From an uncultured Candidatus Saccharibacteria bacterium (GTDB lineage Bacteria > Patescibacteriota > Minisyncoccia > UBA6257 > GWB1-50-10), in NCBI GenBank assembly GCA_964356375.1, contig CAYHGT010000005.1, positions 1 through 55,221 of the forward strand: a DNA stretch of 55,221 bases, read 5' to 3'. Under the pieces are notes generated by a model that ran no database searches, was not told the origin of the DNA, and saw only the letters and a list, made by a program, of their open reading frames with translations. Both the position numbers and the translations under genes were made by a program. The stretch's first letter is position 1. Every line of letters starts with the position of its first letter. Shown in pieces: positions 1 through 7,628 of this stretch.

Positions 1-2
1 AG

Positions 3-23
3 TCGCCGAGCGAAGCGAGGCGA
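3..23. repeat. REP-like short palindrome (TCGCC-GAGCGAAGCGA-GGCGA)
   Basis: Hairpin with GAGCGAAGCGAG core just downstream of tRNA-Phe; a related core occurs in reverse orientation at 9896-9928. Confidence 0.5.
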
Positions 24-49
24 GCCCAACTTGCTTGCAATTTCCTACG

Positions 50-124
50 TGGTGCCGCGGGAGGGAGTTGAACCCCCGACGCCGGCCTCTTCAGGGCCGC
101 GCTCTACCGCTGAGCTACCGCGGC
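50..124 (-). tRNA. tRNA-Phe (GAA)
   Basis: Reverse complement GCCGCGGTAGCTCAGCGGTAGAGC...CTGAAGA...GGTTCAACTCC...CCGCGGCACCA forms a cloverleaf with anticodon GAA and encoded CCA. Confidence 0.95.
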
Positions 125-807
125 GGCGTTCTTCTTTTCCTTTTCTTTGCTATCGCCTCATCTTTCTTGAAGCTTTTAACCATCTTTTCTCGCTTTCTTG
201 TTAGGAAAAGTAAGTGTTTATCATAATACATTGTTTTAAATAATTTTCTAGTGTCTCCCTTTACGTAACGGAGGTTGTAGACCGCCTTGCCTTTGCGTAT
301 AAACCCCTTTACGCCGAAAAGCGTAGAGTTCTTCACTTTAAGCCACTCAATAAAATCTTTACTCGCGGACGCAAACGATATTTGAAATCCGAAACTATTG
401 GGCCAACGCGTATCCCAAAATGTGTAGAATGTGCCATCTCCGTCAAAGAGCCCCCTCAAAAAATCTCTAAAAAATTTGTTGGGCACCTTGACGTTTTTTA
501 TTGTGCGCGATTTTCGTGGATGTATGCCAGCAGAATTCAAAAAGTCGTGCAAGGGAGCGTCAGTGAAAATAATATAATAGTGATTTTTGCCGAGAATCGA
601 TTTTGCAACCCCTGTTTTTGTTTTTACTTTAAGCGCGATCTTTAAATTTTCCACTAATTCTATGTCGGCGGTTTTGAATTGGATGCGTTTTCTTGGTTCG
701 CAAAGATTTCCGTCGGACGCAATAAGCCCACTTGCATACGCGAGTTCTTTTGACCAGGTAATCTTGTTGTTATTATTTACTACCACTGAGTAAATTATAA
801 CACACAT
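115..807 (-). CDS. LAGLIDADG-family endonuclease-like protein (two motifs)
   Basis: Motifs LAYASGLIASDGNL and FLRGLFDGDG. The true start may be GTG at 786, just after TGnTATAAT (799-794). The stop codon lies inside tRNA-Phe. Confidence 0.85.
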   Translation of the reverse strand: MCVIIYSVVVNNNNKITWSKELAYASGLIASDGNLCEPRKRIQFKTADIELVENLKIALKVKTKTGVAKSILGKNHYYIIFTDAPLHDFLNSAGIHPRKSRTIKNVKVPNKFFRDFLRGLFDGDGTFYTFWDTRWPNSFGFQISFASASKDFIEWLKVKNSTLFGVKGFIRKGKAVYNLRYVKGDTRKLFKTMYYDKHLLFLTRKREKMVKSFKKDEAIAKKRKRRTPPR

Positions 808-840
808 GTAGGGAATATTTGGATGTAAAAATAGTAAAAT

Positions 841-875
841 AGAAAGAAAAATCCCCCGCTATCACGGGGGGATTT
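841..875 (-). terminator. Intrinsic terminator of the 880-1212 gene
   Basis: GC hairpin ATCCCCCG/CGGGGGGAT followed by a U-rich tract on the minus strand. Confidence 0.7.
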
Positions 876-879
876 GATT

Positions 880-1212
880 TTATTCCGCCGATTCTTTGGC
901 GAAGGTGATGTTCGGCAAAAGATCCCTGATGGAATCTTCTGTGAGGCAGTTGGTGCAAATGCCACCAAGCGGAGCATGGCTGACTAGAGTTACAACCCAC
1001 GATTCCCACGGAACATCTGGGCGAACTTCTAGAAGCTTTCCACCCGTGACCTTGTGGTCGGTGTAGGTGCTGTAGTCGCAGCCACCCACGTCGGGAACCT
1101 CGTCGGCCGGGAGACGATGCTCAACCCTGCTTTCCGCGATTCCTTTTTTCTTGCACACTACGCATGCCCATCTCTTTGTTTGCAAGTCTCCCTTTGTCTC
1201 GACCTTGCTCAT
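880..1212 (-). CDS. Hypothetical protein, possible Zn-binding (CxxC...CxxC)
   Basis: AAGGAGG SD precedes ATG at 1212; CVVC and CTNC pairs; own terminator. Confidence 0.65.
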   Translation of the reverse strand: MSKVETKGDLQTKRWACVVCKKKGIAESRVEHRLPADEVPDVGGCDYSTYTDHKVTGGKLLEVRPDVPWESWVVTLVSHAPLGGICTNCLTEDSIRDLLPNITFAKESAE

Positions 1213-1263
1213 ACGCCCCTCCTTTGGGTTTGGAACTATCAAAAAATTAGCACTAAGATAAGA

Positions 1264-1926
1264 TTATTGCAATGCGTCGCGCTCGTTTTCCTCCAAGGCC
1301 TCCTTCACCTCCTTTTCTTGGAATGGAATTCCTTTGCTCAGTAGTTTTTTGAATATGAATTCCATCGCGAAGATAAGTACTATCACGATAAGGATTCCGT
1401 ACTCGGCCTGTTTGAATATTTTTTCAGTCTTCAGGTAGGTGAGCCCGGACATAAAGAAATAAGCAACGCCCGTTACGGTAGTGAACCAGAGTATGACGCC
1501 CGTAAGATATGAGCGCATAAATGTACTAAATTTTGTTTTGGACCACCCCGCCAAAAGAATGACGAAGATGTTTACACCGATAAGAAATTTTGCGCCCACC
1601 AATAGCTTGGTGAGGTTCATCTTCAAATAATAAAAGTATGACTGAAAACGTTTGCTTGGTTTTAATTTGTTGCGGTAGATCCTCCAACCGAAACGTGTGT
1701 TGCGCAACATTCTGCCAATCATAAAGACAATTGTTTCTCCGATTACAAGTGACAGTGGTGCAAAGATAAGGAACTCTGACCATGTTAATTTACCACTTAC
1801 GATAAGCAATACCGCAAGAAGAATCGCAAGCTCACCCTGAATCAATATTGCCACGCCTATAATAAAATAAGTCAATGCGGGGTATTGGACTATGAGCTCG
1901 CCGACCGTATTTAAGAATTGCACCAT
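1264..1926 (-). CDS. DedA/VTT-family membrane protein
   Basis: Hydrophobic; GE motif, 'IGETIVFMIGR', 'AKFLIGV...AG' pattern typical of DedA. Confidence 0.75.
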   Translation of the reverse strand: MVQFLNTVGELIVQYPALTYFIIGVAILIQGELAILLAVLLIVSGKLTWSEFLIFAPLSLVIGETIVFMIGRMLRNTRFGWRIYRNKLKPSKRFQSYFYYLKMNLTKLLVGAKFLIGVNIFVILLAGWSKTKFSTFMRSYLTGVILWFTTVTGVAYFFMSGLTYLKTEKIFKQAEYGILIVIVLIFAMEFIFKKLLSKGIPFQEKEVKEALEENERDALQ

Positions 1927-1978
1927 GCCAAACTGTTATACTACAAGTAAGGAAATTTTTCCAGACGCGTCGAAATAA

Positions 1979-2077
1979 ATCCCGTTAGAGTTTTACAAGC
2001 TTGTATAATGATAGCTGAGGTAAGAATAAAAAATCATAGATAGACGACTATCAAAAAATAAAAAACTTTAACGGGAT
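1979..2077. mobile_element. ~100 bp MITE-like element, copy 1
   Basis: Terminal IR ATCCCGTTAGAGTTTT / AAAACTTTAACGGGAT (1 mismatch in 16). Confidence 0.65.
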
Positions 2078-2097
2078 AAACAAAACAATTTTTAACT

Positions 2098-2541
2098 ATG
2101 GCAAAAACATTTGTAACAAAGGAAAGTGTGCGTATGAAGGCGGTGCGTTCGGGTGGTCCTGGGGGACATAACGCTGAGAGGCGGTCACATAAAGTGCAGA
2201 TGTGGGCGCTCATAGCAAAACTTCCGCTTACCGAAGCACAGAAAAAAATGGTGCGAAAAAATCTCACGCATCGTATTAATAAAAAAGACGAACTTGAAGT
2301 TATGTGTAGCGAGGAACGTTCGCAGGAAGAGAATCGCGATACGGGAATTGAATTAATGAACACACTTATTACGGACGCAATCAAAGTGAAGAAACCACGT
2401 ATTCCGACAGAACCGCCGAGAAATGTGAAAGACGATGGGGTCCGCGAACGCAAACTTCGCTTTACGCGAAAAAAGGAAAGAAGAGTGTTCAAAGCAACAA
2501 CGAGGAGCGAGATGGGCGACCTCAAAAAACTAATAGGATAG
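2098..2541 (+). CDS. arfB: ArfB/YaeJ-like ribosome-rescue peptidyl-tRNA hydrolase (RF-1 domain), GGH variant
   Basis: RSGGPGGHN, 'CSEERSQEENR' (cf. RSQxxNR), 'KPRIPT' and basic C-terminal tail. Confidence 0.8.
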   Translation: MAKTFVTKESVRMKAVRSGGPGGHNAERRSHKVQMWALIAKLPLTEAQKKMVRKNLTHRINKKDELEVMCSEERSQEENRDTGIELMNTLITDAIKVKKPRIPTEPPRNVKDDGVRERKLRFTRKKERRVFKATTRSEMGDLKKLIG

Positions 2542-2598
2542 GCTCGCTTGAAGGGTTGTAATATTACGCCAACTTCCGCTACTATTGAAAAGTAGTAT

Positions 2599-2674
2599 GG
2601 TGGGCGTAGCTCAATGGTAGAGCACCAGATTGTGGATCTGGCGGTTGCGGGTTCGAGTCCCGTCGCCCACCCCA
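2599..2674 (+). tRNA. tRNA-His (GTG)
   Basis: G-1, acceptor GTGGGCG/CGCCCAC, anticodon arm CCAGA-TTGTGGA-TCTGG, GGTTCGAGTCC T-arm, C discriminator plus CCA. Confidence 0.95.
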
Positions 2675-2680
2675 AAAACA

Positions 2681-2714
2681 AATATTCCGGCATTGCGCCG
2701 GAATATTTTGTTTC
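2681..2714 (+). terminator. Hairpin/terminator after tRNA-His
   Basis: AATATTCCGGC/GCCGGAATATT stem followed by T-rich tract. Confidence 0.65.
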
Positions 2715-2796
2715 TGGTGACGGGACTCGAATAAAAAGGAGGGGTCGGGACGCGGGAAATTTTCCCATGGTATAATTTTATTACAATCTAAATTTT

Positions 2797-3594
2797 ATGA
2801 ACAAAAAACACACAAGCTCTTTTTACACAGCCAAAGCAATGATAACGAGCGTTGTTATTGCGCTTGTGGTATGTGCGGTTGGTTTTTATTTATACCAATT
2901 TACTCAACTCAAATTGTTCACTCCACCACCCACTGTGTTTGCGACTATTGCCGCTACGATTTTTTCTATCACCGCCGGTTTCTCTATTTTGATTGCGTTC
3001 ACCAGATTTCAGGACCTTAAGGGAACTATCAATCAGGAGGTTATTTGTATGGGGGATATATTGGACATGACCCAGTATGTGGAGGGACAAGATTTGGTTA
3101 AAGAAAAAATTGTGAATAATGTGAAGCATTATGGCGTGTCTGTTGCGCATGATGAGTGGCCACATATGGCAGATGGACAACCAAATAACAATACCTCGGT
3201 GCTTCTTGAGCGGGTAATGCAATCAATCAACGACGTGGATCTTATAAAGAGTGAAAAAAATAAAATTACATTCGGACTTTTAGTTGAGCGAGTGATAGAC
3301 ATTACAACATTTAGGTCTCAACGACTTAAAAAAGCAAAGGAGACATTTCCACAACTATTGCTCGTGACACTCTACACTGTTTCTATCGGTTTAGTTGTGG
3401 GTGTCTTTCTTTTACTTATTCCCAATTTATTTTTTCAACTAACGTTTTTAGCCGCCATTACTTTTATTGCCACACTCATTATTCAGTTAGTGAACGATAT
3501 CGGTAATCCCTACAAGCCCGGCGTGTGGTCTGTGTCAAAGGACGATTACGAGACCGTAACCACATCCATTCTTTCTCAGGTGAGAGCAAAGTAA
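2797..3594 (+). CDS. DUF4239-like (bestrophin-like) membrane protein
   Basis: 2+2 TM layout, 'VAHDEWP', 'RSQRL', C-terminal 'DIGNPY..G.WSVS'. Confidence 0.65.
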   Translation: MNKKHTSSFYTAKAMITSVVIALVVCAVGFYLYQFTQLKLFTPPPTVFATIAATIFSITAGFSILIAFTRFQDLKGTINQEVICMGDILDMTQYVEGQDLVKEKIVNNVKHYGVSVAHDEWPHMADGQPNNNTSVLLERVMQSINDVDLIKSEKNKITFGLLVERVIDITTFRSQRLKKAKETFPQLLLVTLYTVSIGLVVGVFLLLIPNLFFQLTFLAAITFIATLIIQLVNDIGNPYKPGVWSVSKDDYETVTTSILSQVRAK

Positions 3595-3694
3595 ATCGTC
3601 CTAAGAAACAAAATGCTCGAACGCGGGCATTTTTGCTATACTAATCACATACACTAAAGGTCGGTGAATAAAGAGCAAAATAAATAAAAATTAT

Positions 3695-4540
3695 ATGAAA
3701 CACAAAATATTTTCAGTAATGCTTGTGGCAAGCATGGCGTTGCCATTTATGGCGAGCGCGCAAACATCAGCGGGAACGCAACCGAGCGCAGGTGGCGAGG
3801 TTCGCAATATTCGTGAAGCGACAAAAGCTTCTGTGGAACAAAAAAGCGAAGATATTAAAACGCAGGCGGAAGCCACTCGCGAACAGCTCAAGCAAGATGC
3901 AGAAAAACTTCGCGAGGCGGCCAAGGCAACATTCAAACAGAAGCGCGAGGTGTTAGAAAAGCAAATGGAAGCCACTCGCGAACAGTTCAAAAAAGATATG
4001 GAGTCGGCGCGCGAGTCCGCAAAGAAAGCATTAGAGCAGAAGCGCGAGGAAGCAAAGAAAGCGATTGAAGATATCAAAGATGCGAAAAAGAAAGAAACGG
4101 TAAAGCGTATTGACAAGAATCTGGGTGAGATGAATAAGCGCATTGTAGAACGCTATTCAGCGAAGTTGGATCAGCTTGATAAGGTCTTAGTGAACATTGT
4201 TTCAAGAGCGAATAAAGCAGAGGCGCGAGGTCTTGTGGTAACACCCGTGCGAACTGCGATTGCAGCTGCTTCAACAAGTATTGCGGCAGTACGTGCGACA
4301 CTAGTTCTCCAATCGGGAAAGGCATACGTGGCAACTATTACTACGTCTACGCCTGAGACAGTGAGAGCGGAAATAAAAACAATTCGTGATTCATTGAGAA
4401 ATGATTTGCGTGTAGTAGAAACAGCAGTGAAGAATGCCCGTGTTGCCGTGCATACTGCGGCGACCACACTCGCGTCGATAAAAGGTATTGGTGAACGTGA
4501 GCCGAATGCAACATCAACCGCAACAAGCACAAATCAATAA
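3695..4540 (+). CDS. Secreted coiled-coil hypothetical protein
   Basis: Signal peptide ending ASA; long E/K/R-rich helical repeats. Confidence 0.8.
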   Translation: MKHKIFSVMLVASMALPFMASAQTSAGTQPSAGGEVRNIREATKASVEQKSEDIKTQAEATREQLKQDAEKLREAAKATFKQKREVLEKQMEATREQFKKDMESARESAKKALEQKREEAKKAIEDIKDAKKKETVKRIDKNLGEMNKRIVERYSAKLDQLDKVLVNIVSRANKAEARGLVVTPVRTAIAAASTSIAAVRATLVLQSGKAYVATITTSTPETVRAEIKTIRDSLRNDLRVVETAVKNARVAVHTAATTLASIKGIGEREPNATSTATSTNQ

Positions 4541-4570
4541 AAGTCGCGAACATCAATTACTAATTACATT

Positions 4571-4798
4571 ATGGAACCAAACAATGGGGGAAAAACAAAA
4601 ATAATTATTCTCGCAATTCTTGTTATTCTCGCAATTGCAGTATTTGTGTGGATGAGAGTGGGCGCACAACCTGCGGCACCGTCTGCATCAACAGCGGATG
4701 AATCGCTCTCCGCAATTCAGAATTCGGCGACAATCATTGATACGGTAAATCTTGACGAGGAGTTTCAGGCGATTAACGGTGATGTGAACACACTGTAA
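4571..4798 (+). CDS. Small single-TM/secreted hypothetical protein
   Basis: N-terminal hydrophobic helix and acidic tail; follows 3695-4540 and precedes a hairpin. Confidence 0.65.
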   Translation: MEPNNGGKTKIIILAILVILAIAVFVWMRVGAQPAAPSASTADESLSAIQNSATIIDTVNLDEEFQAINGDVNTL

Positions 4799-4815
4799 TC
4801 AACTAAGTGTGTTTA

Positions 4816-4849
4816 ACAAATCCCATTCGCTGTAGCGAATGGGATTTGT
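4816..4849. terminator. Strong hairpin, probable terminator
   Basis: ACAAATCCCATTCGCT / AGCGAATGGGATTTGT inverted repeat. Confidence 0.6.
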
Positions 4850-4863
4850 CATATAATGGTTGT

Positions 4864-5010
4864 ATGAACACGAAATTCTTTACCGGAGCGGGGGATGCGG
4901 GGGAGACCGGCTTCGGACAAAAGAAGATTTCCAAGGACGACGCATTGTTTGATGTGCTGGGTGGTTTGGATGCGGTGAATGCCTTTACTGGATGGTGCGC
5001 GGTTTGCAAA
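4864..5010 (+). pseudogene. Truncated PduO-type ATP:cob(I)alamin adenosyltransferase (N-terminal fragment)
   Basis: MNTKFFTGAGDAGETGFGQKKISKDDALFDVLGGLDAVNAFTG matches the PduO N-terminal TxxGDxGxT...SKD...GxxDxxN pattern; similarity is lost after ~48 codons. Confidence 0.7.
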
Positions 5011-5131
5011 TGTGCTTTTCGGCGTGCCCGAAAACAATCCTTCATACAAATAGTTTTTGTTCGGGAAAAGCTTTACAAAACATTTGATTTAACGTATAAC
5101 AGTAATAGTTATTTTCCCAAGGAGGGGTGCA

Positions 5132-5626
5132 ATGAGTCCACGTAAACGAAGGTCTATGATGAAGGCGAATCCTTACCGATTTGATGTAATGGGTTCGTTC
5201 GGTGATGCCGAGCTGATGCTTTTGCGACAGTTCCAATTTCCGAATGAGTATGAGGAGCGGGAAAAGGTAATGTCCGCCGATCATGACCGATGCTTAACGT
5301 GGGACTACGAGCACACCCGCCTATGTTTTATGGAATACACGGGAACGGGTGAGCTTGGATTTGAATACTGGGTTCACACCGCAAACGACGAAGACGTGAT
5401 AAAATTCTTGAAAGATATCCTGAAAGCGGACGAGAAGGCCGTGTGGACGGGATATCGCGTTCTCGGTACGGTGAATCGGAGCAACGGTTACCACGTGTGG
5501 TCATTGCAACTTTTCGCAAAACATCCCGATAGCAAGACCAAGGTTTACAGTGGGCCTGATGCGCCAAACGTGAACGATGACCCAAGAATTCCCAATGGGT
5601 CGCCCCGTTTCATATTTTTCAGATAG
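5132..5626 (+). CDS. Hypothetical protein
   Basis: 164 aa ORF, AAGGAGG SD, terminator immediately downstream. Confidence 0.75.
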   Translation: MSPRKRRSMMKANPYRFDVMGSFGDAELMLLRQFQFPNEYEEREKVMSADHDRCLTWDYEHTRLCFMEYTGTGELGFEYWVHTANDEDVIKFLKDILKADEKAVWTGYRVLGTVNRSNGYHVWSLQLFAKHPDSKTKVYSGPDAPNVNDDPRIPNGSPRFIFFR

Positions 5627-5632
5627 ATTTTC

Positions 5633-5660
5633 ACCGCCTCACATGAGGCGGTTTTTCTTT
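5633..5660 (+). terminator. Intrinsic terminator
   Basis: ACCGCCTCA/TGAGGCGGT plus T tract. Confidence 0.8.
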
Positions 5661-5712
5661 ACACAAGATTTGTTTTGGCATATAAAGAGAGTAGCTATTT
5701 AAGGAGAGAAAA

Positions 5713-6237
5713 ATGCGAAAGCCAAACAGCAAGCGTTTTCTTGAGGAGAGTGTCGACGTTCTTTTCACCTCTCACATTCCTGTTTTTGTGGAACCACTCA
5801 TGGAATGCAAAGAGAAAATCGATCTCGACGAAAAGCTCGTCGTTTTTTTGAAGGTCTTTGTTCGTATTTCGCAGGTGTTGTATCTTACGCCCGCAGAGTG
5901 TCAGATACTTTTGGGACTTAACACGAGAAGCGCTAAGTGCTGGAAGTATTGGGTGAAGAAAGCGGATGCCGGGAAAAGTTTTTCTCACGATAGGCGTAAC
6001 AAGTTTGAGCGGCTTGCAAACCTTGTGAGCATCTACAAACTTGCGGATGCGCTTTACGGAGACGGAACTGGTCGTGGCACACGGCTTTGGGACCGGAACG
6101 GCGATCCGCCATTCGGAGGTTTCTCGCTACTTGAGCATATGCTCCGTGGCCACTTCGCACAGCTCTTTGAAGTTCGCCAATATCTTGAGCCAAGGGTGCG
6201 CGCGACCTACAATGTGCGCCCCGATGACGGCACTTAA
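5713..6237 (+). CDS. MbcA/ParS/Xre-like antitoxin family protein
   Basis: C-terminal 'ERLANLVSIYK...N.DPPFGG.S.LE.ML.G...L.EVRQYL' resembles DUF2384 antitoxins. Confidence 0.7.
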   Translation: MRKPNSKRFLEESVDVLFTSHIPVFVEPLMECKEKIDLDEKLVVFLKVFVRISQVLYLTPAECQILLGLNTRSAKCWKYWVKKADAGKSFSHDRRNKFERLANLVSIYKLADALYGDGTGRGTRLWDRNGDPPFGGFSLLEHMLRGHFAQLFEVRQYLEPRVRATYNVRPDDGT

Positions 6238-6245
6238 TTTCACTT

Positions 6246-6273
6246 CCCCCGCCGATGGCGGGGGTTTTTATTT
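6246..6273 (+). terminator. Intrinsic terminator
   Basis: CCCCCGCC/GGCGGGGG plus T tract. Confidence 0.8.
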
Positions 6274-6300
6274 CACAAAAAATGCGATAGGATGAGGACA

Positions 6301-6326
6301 ATACATACATACATACATATATATAT
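6301..6326 (+). repeat. Microsatellite (ATAC)4(AT)5 abutting the start codon
   Basis: Read directly; ATG at 6327. Confidence 0.85.
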
Positions 6327-7505
6327 ATGAAGCATATCTATTTTGACCATGCGGCGTCTACACCCGTGCGACGCGAAGTAGTAAAAGCAATGATGCCGTA
6401 TTTTTCTACACACTTTGGAAATCCTAGCTCGTTGCATTCCACGGGGCAGATTGCGATTGCGGCGATTGATAAGGCACGCGAGATGGTAGCCAAGGCAATC
6501 AACGCATCATTTCGCGAAATTATTTTTACGGGAAGCGCGACCGAGGCGAATAATCTCGCACTACGTGGTGCGGTGCGCGTATTTAAATTAGCAAATCCGA
6601 ATATCAAACCACGCGTCATAATTTCCGCGATTGAACACGAATCGGTTTTGGAGACCGCAAAGGACTTATCTCGCGATGGCGTGGAGTTCGTGATGATTCC
6701 CGTGAACGAGAACGGCGTCATTGATATACCGCGTCTGAAATATGAATTAAACGAACGAACGGTGATAGTGTCTGTGATGTATGTGAATAATGAGATTGGG
6801 ACCGTGGAGCCGATAGTGGAGATTGCGTCAGTTATTAAAAATTACAAATTGAAAATTAAAAATTCCTCGCGCTCCTATCCATTACTGCACACAGACGCAG
6901 TTCAGGCATTTAATTATTTTGAATGTGATGTAAATATGTTGGGTATAGACATGATGACACTTTCGGGGCATAAGATTGGTGGTCCGAAGGGTGTCGGATG
7001 TCTTTATGTAAAAAATACAAAACTAACCGCACCCATTATCACGGGAGGCGGGCAGGAGTTTGGCTTGCGGTCCGGCACCGAGAATATAGCGTGTATCGTT
7101 GGATTTGCAGAAGCAATAAAACTTGCAATAAAAGAAAGAAAAAAAGAATACACGCGATTACTCACGCTTAAGAAATATTTTTGGATAAATATAAAAAAGA
7201 TACTTCCTGATGCGCATGTTTACGGATTTCCCGAGAAACAATTCGCACATGCTTCACCGCACATATTAAATGTTGCGTGGCGTGGTGCACCTTTGGACGA
7301 TACACTTGTGCGACTTGATATGATGGGCATCGCGGCCTCATCGGGGTCCGCGTGTGCTTCGCGCGCCTCAACGCATTCGCATGTACTCTCGGCACTTCTT
7401 GAAAACGCGTCGCGCGGAATTAGATTTAGTTTTGGAAGAGCGACCACCCGCGCGGAAATTGACGAGGTACTCACACGCATGCGTCGCGCATTCAAGGCAA
7501 AATAG
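6327..7505 (+). CDS. iscS: Cysteine desulfurase (IscS/NifS class I)
   Basis: YFDHAASTP, FTGSATEANN, HTDAVQ, SGHKIGGPKG (PLP Lys), RSGTEN, SSGSAC (catalytic Cys). Confidence 0.95.
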   Translation: MKHIYFDHAASTPVRREVVKAMMPYFSTHFGNPSSLHSTGQIAIAAIDKAREMVAKAINASFREIIFTGSATEANNLALRGAVRVFKLANPNIKPRVIISAIEHESVLETAKDLSRDGVEFVMIPVNENGVIDIPRLKYELNERTVIVSVMYVNNEIGTVEPIVEIASVIKNYKLKIKNSSRSYPLLHTDAVQAFNYFECDVNMLGIDMMTLSGHKIGGPKGVGCLYVKNTKLTAPIITGGGQEFGLRSGTENIACIVGFAEAIKLAIKERKKEYTRLLTLKKYFWINIKKILPDAHVYGFPEKQFAHASPHILNVAWRGAPLDDTLVRLDMMGIAASSGSACASRASTHSHVLSALLENASRGIRFSFGRATTRAEIDEVLTRMRRAFKAK

Positions 7506-7517
7506 CGTGTATGTGCG

Positions 7518-7619
7518 GGCGTGGTATGACCGAACGCGAGTGATGACCGAACGAGAGTGAGGAAATACTGAGGTCAGCAGACCGAACGTAGGAAATACCA
7601 AAGCCAGCAGGCGTGGTAT
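7518..7619. repeat. Small repeat insert bounded by 10 bp direct repeats
   Basis: GGCGTGGTAT at 7518-7527 and 7610-7619; interior has a 17 bp tandem ATGACCGAACGMGAGTG x2 and AGGAAATAC...CAGCAG x2. Confidence 0.7.
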
Positions 7620-7628
7620 AATGTTCCA

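Noticed and set aside
1247..1255. Second CIRCE site (TTAGCACTA)
   Set aside because: Only a half-site; there is no inverted partner at 9 bp spacing.
1979..2077. Integron attC sites for the 100 bp IR elements
   Set aside because: GTTAGA precedes TAAC, the reverse of attC order; there are no internal L boxes, no cassette array and no integrase.
2034..2768. 244 aa minus-strand ORF
   Set aside because: Shadow ORF antisense to the ArfB-like gene and tRNA-His.
3840..4060. Repeated GAAGCCACTCGCGAACAG and CAGAAGCGCGAGG segments as a DNA element
   Set aside because: In-frame internal repeats of the coiled-coil protein (EATREQ, QKRE).
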